Under the pieces are notes generated by a model, which was given only the letters and a program-made list of their open reading frames with translations, searched no databases and was not told the origin of the DNA. Positions 10,631-22,748 of a DNA stretch of 46,800 nucleotides are shown here, piece after piece. The number at the start of each line of letters is the position of its first letter. Position 1 is the first letter of the stretch. The position numbers and the translations under genes are program-made. Source of the stretch: Perkinsela sp. CCAP 1560/9 (lineage: Eukaryota; Protista; Euglenozoa: Kinetoplastea); NCBI GenBank assembly GCA_965644495.1, contig CBFFSA010000061.1, positions 1 to 46,800 of the forward strand, given 5' to 3'.

Positions 10631-11512
10631 ATGGCACTAAGGCTATGCTTTTCCGACAAAAAGGACCAGCCAAAGCGGGTCGGATTTCGGCTTAGCGATA
10701 TAGAGTCATCCGGCGCCAAAGTATTGAGTGTTGATGCTGAATTTACAGAAATTCGCCCCTCGGAGACAGGCAAGATTAATCTACCGCAAGAATTCGATCT
10801 CCTTCGAATGCTAAGCAACGTTACGGATTTAGACGAAAAAAACTGGAATGAATTCACACCAGCCTGTGAGTGGCACCACGTAGTTTGCAATTCACATGGT
10901 GAAGTGAGTTATTTCAATGTCCGCCACTTTGGAGTGCGGGGTACCTTGCAGTGGGCGTACTTGCCGCAAACACTGGAGGGCTTCTCTATGGCTGACAATG
11001 ACCTGCAGGGGAGTATACCTTTGGAATATCTATCACGGGGGATGAAAGTGTTTGATGTCAGCCATAACGCATTCAATGGTGAATTGGATTTTACACGGCT
11101 TCCTATAACCCTGGAGAAACTTCGGTTAGGGAGGAACATGTTTGAGGGTACGCTTGATTTAACGAACCTTCCTATAGGCCTTACCGAGCTTCAGGCGAAC
11201 AGCAACAAATTTTCCGGAAGTGTTTGCCTGAGTACTTTGCCTCCACAACTTAGAATGCTTGACCTTAGTGAAAACGCTTTTACTGGCACCCCGGATTTAT
11301 GTTCTTTCCCACCTTGTCTTCGAAAAGTATTTTTAAATGATAACGACTTCGATGGTTGCGCTCAATTTCACTTCCTTCAAGAAGGATTGCATGTGCTTCA
11401 GCTCTATAACAACCCGAATCTTTGTGGTCGAATAAATATGTCATTGCTACCCACAAAATTGAGTATCTTTTCGATTCCGCACTACGACACGAACATTCAA
11501 CATGGATATTAG
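10631..11512 (+). CDS. LRR protein locus 3, close paralog of locus 2
   Basis: ATG 10631 (MALRLCFSD) matches the family start. The longer ORF from 10424 runs through retroelement DNA. Confidence 0.9.
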   Translation: MALRLCFSDKKDQPKRVGFRLSDIESSGAKVLSVDAEFTEIRPSETGKINLPQEFDLLRMLSNVTDLDEKNWNEFTPACEWHHVVCNSHGEVSYFNVRHFGVRGTLQWAYLPQTLEGFSMADNDLQGSIPLEYLSRGMKVFDVSHNAFNGELDFTRLPITLEKLRLGRNMFEGTLDLTNLPIGLTELQANSNKFSGSVCLSTLPPQLRMLDLSENAFTGTPDLCSFPPCLRKVFLNDNDFDGCAQFHFLQEGLHVLQLYNNPNLCGRINMSLLPTKLSIFSIPHYDTNIQHGY

Positions 11513-11863
11513 TTTTTCGGAGGAGAGAGGAGAAGAATGAATTACACTGGAGAAGAATAAATTGTATATCAAACAAACCGCGTTTCGGGTTAAAAGTTCG
11601 GGTTAATTGTCCGGGGAAAATATTATATAAAATAAATAAGTTTATAAGCCACTGATACGAGAGATGACCGCGGCCACGATAGCAAAATATCATAAGAGAT
11701 TGTATAATAATTTTTGCGCCTTTTTGATATGCAAAGTAAATCAAGTAATAAAAACGAAGTAACTTTTAAACAAAAAAGCTTCAAACAAATAACGTTTATC
11801 ACAAATGGGCTTTCTCTTAATGATTTCATTCACACATAATATTTTTTACGTGTTATTTCCACT

Positions 11864-12625
11864 ATGGCTCCTGTATTTCATTTTTCTGACAACCAGGAAC
11901 CTGCTAGAAAGCGCACGAAGAAAGAAACGATTTCAAGCGATGCTGTTTTACTAGACAGTATGCATACTGCGAAAATCAGTCGTTTAGGAAAAGTTAGGGG
12001 ATCTCAGATGCCTGTGGAGTATGATCTGATGAGATTTATAGAAGGGATAAAGTATCCGCATTCATCGTGGAATACGACAACACCAGTATGTAAGTGGAAA
12101 GGATTGAAGTGCGACGAAAATGACAATGTAGAAACTATAATGTGGCGAGCTTTGGGCTTGCAGGGACGAATAAATGTGGAATACTTACCGCCTAAGCTTT
12201 CAAAGTTGACTCTCGAAGACAATATTTTGTTTGACAGCTTTGAATTTAATTCTATGCCTTCCTCATCATCTTTGTACATTCTTGTGATAAGTGAAAACCT
12301 GTTTTCTGGTACGCCAAATCTTTACCATTTACCGCCATACTTGATCGACCTGGACATCAGTGACAACCACTTTTCTGGTTATGTAGATTTTTCAGTAATG
12401 CCCATATCTTTGCGTTACTTGTACATCAACAATAACAAAGCACTGAAAGGCATGTTGGACGTCAACAAAGCGTTCAAGAATTTGCAGTACAATGTCTTTG
12501 ATACACAGGTTACAACTAGCAGTGGTAAGTATATGTATCTTTTAGATTTTGACGATTCTGACTTTGACGATTCAGACTATTCAGATTCTGATTACTACAT
12601 ACCGCTGTATGACTCTGACTATTGA
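11864..12625 (+). CDS. LRR protein locus 4 with an Asp/Ser/Tyr-rich tail
   Basis: MAPVFHFSD start, RLGKVRG..MPVEYDL motif, SWNTTTPVCKWKGLKC cap and LRRs. Confidence 0.9.
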   Translation: MAPVFHFSDNQEPARKRTKKETISSDAVLLDSMHTAKISRLGKVRGSQMPVEYDLMRFIEGIKYPHSSWNTTTPVCKWKGLKCDENDNVETIMWRALGLQGRINVEYLPPKLSKLTLEDNILFDSFEFNSMPSSSSLYILVISENLFSGTPNLYHLPPYLIDLDISDNHFSGYVDFSVMPISLRYLYINNNKALKGMLDVNKAFKNLQYNVFDTQVTTSSGKYMYLLDFDDSDFDDSDYSDSDYYIPLYDSDY

Positions 12626-13714
12626 GAGTAGCTAATACAGGCATCCTGTCAGTATTAACAAGGAAGCGCTGTAGGATTCTGACAGCCAAGATTTTTATAG
12701 AACGGTATTGTTTACCCAGCAGTGGTTCCCATGACTATGTTATCTAGAAACTATGGTAGCTTCAGAGAAAAACAGTTAGAATCCAACTTGCAAGTACGAT
12801 TTCACTTTTTCCTTTTTCCTTTTTCCTTTGCGAAAGAGTTCATGGAAACTTTTTTTGCCTCTTTTTTCTCTTCTCTTTAATCAGAAAACATTATGTTTCG
12901 TGAACAAAGATTCTAGTTGATTTTTTTGACTCTTTTTCCTTGCCCTCTATCTGTATCAATTTAACTTTGTTCTTTTTGAAACTTATTCCATTTAAAAGCA
13001 GACAGATCGCTCCCTTTTAATATTTACGTAATTGCATTTTACGTGTGTTTTGTTCAAAACAGTTTTTGTATTGTACACAGTTTTACGACTTACTATATGT
13101 TGGCGCATGACATACTATTTGCGGATACACAGAAACCACTGACCAAACAGCGGAGAAGGAATTCTTCGTTGTCTGTGGAACACAGTGACCTATCAGGAGA
13201 GAAGATTCCCATTTCTCGTGTCGGCAAAGTACGAGGAGCGAAACTACCGCAGGAATACGAACTTGCACGATTTGTTGCTGACATTGAAAACGCGCGCGCC
13301 TCCTGGAATGCTTCAACCACCTTGTCACCTGAAACGATATCGGGCACGAAATCGGGCCACAAATCGGGCACGACGAATTAACCTACAGCAGCGAGGGGGT
13401 AGTATATCCCTCAATTGCGGCGGTTGTAAAACTACCGCTCTACCCTCGATTATCGAAAAAAAAGTGAACAAAAACAGTGAAAATATAAAGAGGAACACAG
13501 TAATATAATAAACCCTGCATAAATTGTGCAGGGGGGCACAATAAGTGGAAACGACCACTATTATTGTGCCCCCCCCCCCTCCAAAATATTGCGCCGCGAA
13601 GCGGCGCCGTAATTTTTTGGTTGTTTTTTATTCCCATTTTCTCGAAAATAACGTACAGTGTTGCATTCAATTACGATATTATTTAATTACGAATTAAGGA
13701 TTTTTGTCGGCGAA

Positions 13715-13905
13715 AACCCAGGCTAAAGTAGACGAGGGAGATATTAAAGGCACATTTGGCAAACTACCACAAAACTGGAACGGTATCCCCCGGTTTGTTA
13801 AGCATTCTGATGTGACCCAAGAATTTAACGGGAGATACTGTTCCAGTTTTGTGGTAGTTTGCCAAATGTGCCTTTAGTATCTCCCTCGTCCACTTTAGCT
13901 GGGTT
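13715..13905. repeat. Long foldback palindrome (~75-bp arms)
   Basis: aacccaggctaaagtagacgagggagatattaaaggcacatttggcaaactaccacaaaactggaac pairs with gttccagttttgtggtagtttgccaaatgtgcctttagtatctccctcgtccactttagctgggtt. Confidence 0.9.
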
Positions 13906-14457
13906 GCATAGCCATCGAAACATGCTCCCTAGGACATCTTACAGCTTCCCACGCGAGGAAGTCGGCGTCGCCGCGGCAAAAAGACAGAAGGCTCCGCCTT
14001 CTGCTTTTTGCCTTGCGCCTCCTCCTTCCTCTAAGGCCTTGCGTGTTACACACTTCCGGGTGAATTTTGGACTTTGAAGGTGCATTACCATGGCAGACTG
14101 AAGAAATATCGAATGAAATCAAAGCGCATACAGGTATATCAGGCCCCAAACTCTCAAAAAACGGTCTAGGAGTTGATTTGGGAAAAATATATTTTTTGAC
14201 TTTCACCCATAATTTTTCAGTTTTTTTTTCAAAATTTCGAAAATTGTTATGATCACCCTGGTGGGGAGGGGGGGGGGGCAGGGGGTACCCATCGGAATTG
14301 TTGAAAAACTAGTGATCTCGTCACTCAATTCGATTCATACGTCTTTGTAAACATTTTTTTCGAAAACTCACCTGAAACGACACCGGGCACGAAATCGGGC
14401 ATGAAATCGGGTATGAAATCGGGCACGAAATCGGGCCATAAATCGGACGCGGCGAAT

Positions 14458-14560
14458 TTTAGTCTCTTCGTTAAACGCGGTGGTTGTTTTCAACTTAGAA
14501 GTCACTCATGCTGCGCGCTTCGCGTTGAAAACTACCACCGCGTTTAACGAAGAGACTAAA
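14458..14560. repeat. ~100-bp palindromic dispersed repeat, copy 1
   Basis: tagtctcttcgttaaacgcggtggttgttttcaac...gttgaaaactaccaccgcgtttaacgaagagacta. Other copies at 15899, 30960 and (degenerate) 41040. Confidence 0.85.
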
Positions 14561-15898
14561 AAAGAAAATTTAGCCTGGAAAACGGAAAGATTATAGCCAA
14601 AAATATACCCGAATTTCGGGTAAAAATGGGGTGATTTTCGCGTACTTTTGCTCTCAGAGCACTAAATCCGACATTTGCGCGTGGGAAATCACTCGTAGGC
14701 ATGAATGAAAGCCCACCGAACGTATTGGGTAGAGAATACGACTCCAACCATACCATTCTTTCGACACAAAAATGCCCCTTTAGGTCCGAAAAATATTTTT
14801 TCACCTTTTTTAGTCAAAAATGGGTCATTTTGAGGGGCGCACCACGGTTCGAAGAAGGGATACCTTGCGAAAACAACTGCGGAGAAAGCTAGTGTAGGTC
14901 CCAAACTATCAAAATACAATAGGGGAAACGATTTTGGAAAAATATTTTTTTTGCCATTTTTTTCGCCAAGTTGAAATTTTTTTCAATTTTTTTTTTCCGA
15001 AAAAATCCGAACTTGGCGGACCCGTCCTGCGGATACGCGGGGGGGTCACCCCCGGGTAGGGGGGTGGAAAATGCGCGCCAAGACCCCGGCTACCCTTTCT
15101 GCGGTTTTTTTTCGAAAACTAATTTTTTCGAAAAAATTTGCTCGACCATGACCCCCCCCATGGACCCCTGGACCCCCCCCGATGGACCCCCCATTTTTTT
15201 CAATTTTTTTTTTCAGTTTTGGTCCACCGGAGCCCCCTTTTATATTTTTTTCTTCTATTATATTACTGTGTTCCCCTTTATATTTTCACTGTTTTTGTTC
15301 ACTTTTTTTTCAATAATCGAGTGTAGAGCGGTAGTTTTACAACCACCGCAATTAGCCTACGGTAGCGAGGGAGTAGTATCTCCCTCAATAGAAGAAAAAA
15401 ATGCAAAAGGGGGCCCCGGCGGTCCAAAACTGAAAAAAAAATTCAAAAAAATGTGGGGTCCAGGGGGGGGTCTATGGGCATGCGCCGGGATTTTTCGAAT
15501 TTTTTGCTTTTCAAAATCGAGCGCCGGGAAGTGGTAGAGTAGGCCGGGGCGATAATTTTCCATACCCCCTGGGGGTACCCCCCCGCCTGGTACGCGCAGG
15601 AGGGGTCCGACAAGGTCAAAAATTCCGAAATTTTTAGGGTGACCAAAAAAGATTTTTGACCCAAAAAAAGTAAAATTAATATTATTTTTCCCAAATCGAC
15701 TCCTAAATCGTATTTTAAGAGTTTGGGACCTCAGCTACCATTCTACGACGTTTTTATCGACAGATTCGACTCCTGCCCCTACTGGGAAGGCATCCAAAAT
15801 GGCCCAAATTCGGTGTAAATTTTCGCAATTTTTGCCGAAAAATCGAGCTTTTACCCCCAAAAAAGTAGATTATTCATGATCTTTTGGATATTTTTCTT

Positions 15899-16003
15899 TT
15901 TTAGGCTCTTCGTTAAACGCGGTGGTAGTTTTCAACGTGAAGCGCACAGCATGAGTGACTTCTAAGTTGAAAACAACCACCGCGTTTAACGAAGAGCCTA
16001 AAA
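15899..16003. repeat. ~100-bp palindromic dispersed repeat, copy 2 (inverted)
   Basis: Reverse-complement match to 14458-14560. Confidence 0.85.
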
Positions 16004-16048
16004 AAGTTTCTAGTACTATAAAAGTACTATAATAAAGTTTTTAAAGTT

Positions 16049-17074
16049 TTAGGGACCCCTGCTTTTTTCGACGTGCTTTCTTGCAGCGCCGAGGCTCATC
16101 ACTTCACCGGAACAAGCATCCGCAAGACACTTGTAACCGGCTTCCGTGCCCGAGCTTGCGTGAGCTATGGGAAGCTCGTTCCACAGTTCGAACAGTTGCT
16201 GTTCGTGTTCGTGGCTGATACTCGAAATATGATCTCGAGTTTTCAAGATAGGACGTTGTCCTTGCGTACCCACGAAAAAGGAGCATGCTTCAAAAATGTC
16301 GTGGTCTCCGCGCCCATGTTCGAAAACATGTTTGCGCATGCAGTCGTACATAAACGTGTATGACGAAGGGTTTCGATCCTGTGTTGTAGCACATTTCGTG
16401 CATTGAGAGCCTGCAGACATGGTACCTTGCACCTCAAGGTCCATCCACATGTCATACAATGCCTTCTCGGTAAGGTGATTCTTACTAGAGAGGTGATCTC
16501 GAGTACATCGTATGGGAGGTTTCCCTTGCAACTCCTCGAAGAAGGAGCATTCTTTGCAATGGAAATGATCCCCGCGCCCATGTTCTAAAACATGTTTACG
16601 CATGTCGTCATACTTGAAAATGTGACTCTCAGGGTTTTGATCGCCATATGTTCCTGCACATGCTGTGCATCGAAAGCCATTGGCAATGTCACCTTCAATT
16701 CGAAGGTTTTTCCATGCGTCAAAAATTTCTTTTTCACGCTTGTGTTTCACGCACTTGTGATACGGTACGCTCAATACGGGGGGTTTTCCCATGAATTCTT
16801 GAAAAAAGGAACAAAGTTCACAAATGGTGTGTAATCCTTTTGAATGTTCCTGTAAGTGCCGCTTCATCAGGGGAACTGTCAGTTCCACCCGAATGCTCGC
16901 TTTTGCACATTCTTTGCAGGTGTATAATTCACCTTCTTTAGCAACACAATGTTGCCATTGCTCGTAAATCTGAGCTTCACTTTTGTGCTTGCTAGCACTG
17001 TGCTTGAGGGTAACACATGCCCTTTTCTTTCCTTTCTTTGTTTCAAAGAAAGTGCAGCATTCGCAATAGCGATA
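16049..17074 (-). pseudogene. Fragment of a protein with four tandem ~81-88-aa Cys/His (Zn-finger-like) repeats
   Basis: The frame is open from 17074 (YRYCECCTFF...) to 16049. Repeat pattern CxxCSFF...H...H...W...CxxC...MRKHVxEH. The 5' end is cut at a TA|CAGGGGGG element end. Confidence 0.7.
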
Positions 17075-17694
17075 CAGGGGGGAAATTAAGTTGTGTCAAC
17101 AAAAGTCGTGTTAATTTCTGGGATTAACACGACTTTTGTTGACACAACGTATGTTGCCACAACATATGTTCACTTTTTTACCAAACTTTGCCAATTCTTA
17201 CTGTTTGCTAAAAAAACACGCCCACTGAAGAAAAGTTTCATTTAGTCACTCATTTCACAAAGAAAATTGAGTGAAACGTACCATGAACTCTTTCCCATTC
17301 GCGAGAAGCTTTGCTCGGACCCAAGCTTTTCGCCATTTGTGTCATCATGACCTTTTCCCCTAGGAGAAGAAGGCCTTTTCGTGTTGAAAGAATGGTGCGG
17401 TTGGAGTCGTATTCTCTACCCAATACGTTCGGTAGGCTTTCATTCATGCCTACGAGTGATTTCCCGCACGCAAATGTCGGATTTACATGCCCTGGAGTAT
17501 TCGATGTGGTAAATTACTACCGATTACTACCGATTATTACATTGTTCAGTGTAATTATCTGCTAGTCCAAAAATTTAGTGTGAGTATCACCAATTCTATA
17601 TCCCGCCTTGTAGTTGTACATACAGTTGTATATGTGTATTTCATGGTCGAAATGACAATAGTCTTGTAAATTCTACTCTCTCCATTGTTCAGTC

Positions 17695-19165
17695 ATGATG
17701 CGGCGCGGTACGGGGAAGCGCGTGCGGAAAAGTAGAGAATCTGAATCGGTGGCTGGAGGAGGCGAATCTGTTGATGTGGGTGGAGAACCTGAATCCCCAA
17801 GAGTCACCCAAGAGCAGCGTTCTGATCCTTCAGCGCGTGTGCGCAGGGAATTGTCGAGGGCACTGGGGCAGCGTTTGAATGAATCTCCAACACAGGCCGC
17901 AGTAACTACTTCAGGATTGTTAACTCCGAATTCACGACAATTAACACGAGCACGTACGGGAAATGTGGATGATTCTTTGAGGTGCGGAGAGCTATCCTCG
18001 TTTTTTAAGTACGAGCTTTGCAATTTCTCTAATTCTGAAAACGAAAATGATTCTACCAGCGCGTGCCAGAAAGAACTTGAAACACGCACCGACATTGGGA
18101 CATACCTGCAAGACGCAGCAAACCAACGACGTCATGCAATCTGTTTGTACTGTGGCGCTGTTTTTCACAGCCGTTACACACAGACTTATTATGTGCACAA
18201 GAACGAACGCTGTAAAGTGCTTCATAACCGAGAACAGCAGGATACCCAGTCGAACGTTGTCAAATGCGTTGATTTCATAAATGAAGGCCTCCCATGCTTG
18301 GCCGCTAAGAGCAGCATGTCAACGGGGGCCTTCCTTTCGTTCGTACGATCATATGAAGAAATACGTCCAAACAGTCCACCAGCAGAAATACTGTCTCATT
18401 TGCCTTGCCCGAAGACTTTTCATGTGAAGGAAAAAATTGTTGCTAGTAAACTTTGGGAAACGATTCGTGCAACCGTGAAGCAGCACTCATTTTTTGGACT
18501 AGCTGTAGACGGGGGAATAAACAATGTCAAACATCAACACATAGTTGTAAGCGTAATGTACGTCGGAGAAAGTTCGTTTGTGTTGCCACTTGTATATCAT
18601 AAGCGAAAAAAGGCCTTTAGTGGAGCTGAAATGTCTGCACACCTTATGACTATGTTAAGAGGAGGTTTGGGAGACGATGTCTTAAAGCTGCGGTACTTGA
18701 TGGTCGACGGATGCGCAGTTAATCATGTTGCACGTGCCGCCACAGAAGAAGCACTTAAACAATTTTATGAGCGGTACGAAGAAGTAGGTACTTTTCAGAC
18801 AAAGAGCATTTGTGTAACGGGGTGCGTTCTGTTGTTCCATGCGTTCGTGAGCTTTTTTGCTTCGGTCACCTAGTAAATTTAGTTGCTCGTGATGCGCTTG
18901 CTCACTATCGTCAACGTCCTTTTATGCAACTCCGCGACTCTTTCGCGGACCTGTTTTATTCGGGAGGAAAACCTAGCGCCAAGAAAGGAAAGTACTTGGG
19001 GAAAGCTCTCGAGGACCTTGTATGCCCGTACGACACGACTGCGAACGAGTGCATAGAATTTTTTTCGCAGTGGTAATCCTTGTCTGAAGAAACTCCTCTC
19101 ACTGAAGCTATTTTACAGAACCATTTCAATAAACTATTGAAAGCACTAGAAGGACTCTCACTAGA
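17695..19165 (+). pseudogene. hAT-family transposase, frameshifted and 3'-truncated
   Basis: BED-like AICLYC...HKNERC; catalytic-like LAVDG and LMVDGCAVN; CFGHLVNL (CxxH) in a shifted frame. The third acidic residue and dimerization domain are absent. Confidence 0.8.
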
Positions 19166-22100
19166 AGGTGGGGGGGGGGTGGAAAATTATCGCCGCGGCC
19201 TACTCTACCAGTTCCCTGCGCTCGATTTCGAAAAGCAAAAAAATCGAAAAAAAATTTCGGATTAATGCCATCGAAAATGTACCCCAAAATCGATTTTTTT
19301 GATTTTTTTATAGTTTTCATCTCTTCACTCCAGATTCATATTCTGGTGCCTTTGCAACGTTTTTTCACCCATTTTACATGCTTTCGCTTACCTAGTTTAT
19401 CCTCAACACCTAAGTTCCGACGTCAAAAAAGTTTCATTTTTCGGAATTTCATCGGTTTCGTTCACCCTTACTTCGTTCATAAGAATGAAGTACTGGTGTT
19501 TGCAGCGATTGCTTCAGTCTTCCCTCCGGGCAAGTGCATGTACTCGGTCTTCCCCCCTGTGTTTCTCCTCGCACCATGTACTGACATATCCCTTCCTGTA
19601 TGGACACTATGCAGTTATCCTGTGCCATTCGGTGCTATCCTGTGCCATTTCGTGCCATCCTGTGCCATCCAAAGCGATTTTTTTTGGCACAATGACCACC
19701 TTTGGCGCTCGTCTTCATGTGGATCTTGGTACCCGTTTACAAGAAGAGGCGGGGTGGTTCCAAGCACTATACCCCTCCTGCTTATGAGTTCCCCGGTTTT
19801 GAGAAAAAGGAGCTCATAAGCGTACCAGACTTGAATTCGAGCCATAAAAAAGCGAAAATTCGGGCCCGCGGCGCGAAGCAGGAACTCATAAGCAGGAACA
19901 ACTATCAGTACAAGTTTGTAGTCGCTCCATTAAACGCGGTGGTTAACGTTTTTTTATATTACGTTACTTCTCTCCCATAAGTTCAAATGAGTTCATGACT
20001 CGAGGATAGTGAGGTGAAGAGAATCAGAAGAAGCCGTTCTTTCCGTACAATTCTTATCATAAACAATGAAATGGTCTAAGTAGAAATGGTCATCATCACT
20101 ACGACCGCGCTTTTTTCGCAAGAGAAGATTAGGGTAGCTGGAAGATTGTGCTTACTTAACTCCACACTCGTGACGTAAATACACCCCCAAATTATGAATT
20201 ATCAGACAATATGCAAAACTACAGTGCAAAAGAGCATCCGAAAATTTACTCCAATTTAAAATGCTACTTAGGAGGATGAAGATTCCTAAAACTAGACTCG
20301 TCGTGCCATCCTGTGCCATTTCGTGCCATCCTGTGGCACCCACAGGGAGGGTAAACTTGCACAGTGGCCTATATCCGTCTAAAACGTCGCTATCGTGCGT
20401 TTGAAAGGAATAGAAGTACATTGTGCGATGAGAAACTGATCGACCATACGCAATCTACATAGAGGGAAAGCACGACTAAGTGCACTTGCCCTGGAAACGT
20501 TTCAGGTGTTTCTTCAAACATTTTGTGGTCCAACGCAATAGGGCCTCTTGGAGGACAATTGTGCTGGAATTCTCTTCCCCACACGGTGCGTAATTGTAAT
20601 GTTTTGGGACACAGACTTACAGGAACGATCCCGTTTGAATTACTACCAGACATGACGTACTTCGACGTATCCAACAATAAGTTTTCTGGAAACTTGAACT
20701 TGACGCTTTTGCCGCAGACACTGGAGGTGCTTTACTTCGATTTTAACGAATTTGACGGATACGTGGATTTGACTCATTTGCCACCGAATTTAGTTATGCT
20801 TAGCGTTTCGAATAACCACCTTTCAGGGAGGATTGATCTATCTTGTTTGCCGGATTCGTTAGAACTTTTATACCTGGCGAACAACAGCTTTGAAGGTTTA
20901 GTGTCATTCGATAAACTTCCTTCACGTATGGAAGAACTGGACCTTGAGAACAACGAAAAGCTTTGCGGTGAGGTTGATGAGAATTTTTTTGAGCTGAGAG
21001 ACCTAAACATCAATTTTAGAAAGACTATGATTGAAGCAAAGCAATAACAGTCTTTCGGAGATCTAATTTCGCAATTTTCGGGGCTCTGCCATTGGTGAGG
21101 GGAGTACTTCGCTTTCTCCCGAAACGCGTTCTCGCTCTGCCCATGCCGCAGCAATCTGCGCACGTGTCTGAGGCATTGAAAACTTTTTAATTAGATGTGG
21201 ATATAGCAGTCTATTCTTACAAAAGTCAATTGTTAATTGTACTAAATGATGATGATATGCCGTACATTACATGTATTGTGTTACGACTATTATTACAGAC
21301 CCTCTACGCCCTAATTACTAACGCAAGCTTCCAGTATCCCCCCCTGGACCCTCCCCGCCCCCCCCCACAGGGTCAAGTTTTACAAATTTTAGACCCCCAG
21401 CATTAGCTGATCTCCCCTGTATGTCGTATTGAAAATAAACACAAAAATGCTGGAAAAGCGCTCTTTGCGAAGAAATTTTGCTATGTAACAATTTGTGATG
21501 TAAGATGAAAAACTTGATTGATAAAAAGATAAAACGAACTTCATTTTCGTATGTAAAAATTTAATTCAATGTTAATTCTTAGGTCTATCTAAGACCCCAT
21601 CTAAGAGTTTTGTATAAAATGTTTGTATAAAAACAGCATAAAAATTTATTTTGTATTCGTTTTGCAAAAGGTGCCATTAAGGCTACTATTCTGCATTTCT
21701 TTTAAGTAGTTTTTTACATACCATTGAATTTGAATTCATGCAGACGCTTAACGGGTCGTAGATGAAAATTGGTACAGAATATGAATATAGAATTTCATAA
21801 ATGTAAAATTCCCACAATCTTCTGGAAAGCATGACGTAAAAGAGAAGGTATTAAATAAAATCAATGAAGACTGAGTACAATACGAATAATGAAGTTTTAA
21901 TAACGTTTCCATACACAATATAAAATACGATTCGGAATTGTTGAAAAAGCCACACTAAGTTTTTCTTTCCAAGCTACTTTTTTCTCGATTATTGTTATGA
22001 TCCGCTCTATGCTTTCGGTCGACGTAACGGAGACGTTAAGAAAGAAAGCCCGGAGAGAAACGAACTCTTCCGACACGACGCTTTCCACAAGCAGTTCTAA

Positions 22101-22748
22101 TGTTACAGGAACATCTCGTCCATCCAAAGTCAGTGGTGTGTCGCTACCCGTGGAGTACGATTTGATGAGACTCGTGGAAAACCCTCCACGCGCATGGTCC
22201 ACCGATACCCCGGGATGTAGATGGGATGGGGTCAAATGTAACGACAAGGGCGACGTCTTTGAGATCGACTGGAATAGTAGGATTGGTTGGAACACTGGTG
22301 TGAAGCGTGAGAGTCTACAAGGGTCAGCTCAATGTCAAATATTTGCCTTACGGGTTGGGTAAGCTAAACCTACAGAACAACTGCCTGTCGGGTGAGTTTC
22401 CCTTCGATCAATTGCCTCCAAATTTGAAGTACTTTAATGTATCGAACAACGAGCTTACGGGTACTCTGGATTTTCGTCATTTGCCATGTTTTTTAAGCCT
22501 TCTTGACATTTCTATCAACAGATTTTATGGCCATGTTGACTTTGATTTCGTGCCCCTAAACCTGCACGCTATGAGGCTGAATCGTACTGTCCCCCCCCAC
22601 TTAAGCGCAACTAGGTTTTGGCCTAAAATTGCGCATAAGTAGCCGGGTCAAAAAAAGGGGTGAAAAAAAATTTTCGCGCCGCTTCGCGGCGCGTGCTTCA
22701 ATCATGAGTTATATACGCGGGGTGCCCTGGGGGGCTGCTTTTTATATA

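Larger units (their letters stand above)
13326..20508. mobile_element. Composite/nested insertion bounded by CACCTGAAACG inverted repeats
   Basis: CACCTGAAACG at 13326 (second copy at 14369, both followed by aaatcgggc repeats) and CGTTTCAGGTG at 20498-20508, coinciding with the LRR breakpoints. No TSD visible. Confidence 0.65.
13097..21047 (+). pseudogene. LRR locus 5, split by a 7.2-kb nested insertion (segments 13097-13325 and ~20509-21047)
   Basis: Both halves are most similar to the intact gene at 44997. The CEWKGVTC cap region is missing at the junction. Confidence 0.8.

Noticed and set aside
7323-11512. Diversity-generating retroelement acting on LRR paralogs
   Set aside because: The differences are not adenine-specific and no DGR-type RT is present.
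16049-19165. Fanzor/TnpB nuclease in the transposon nest
   Set aside because: No RuvC motifs (e.g. DRDxNAAxNI) were seen in any ORF. The Cys/His ORFs are a tandem repeat protein and an hAT BED finger.
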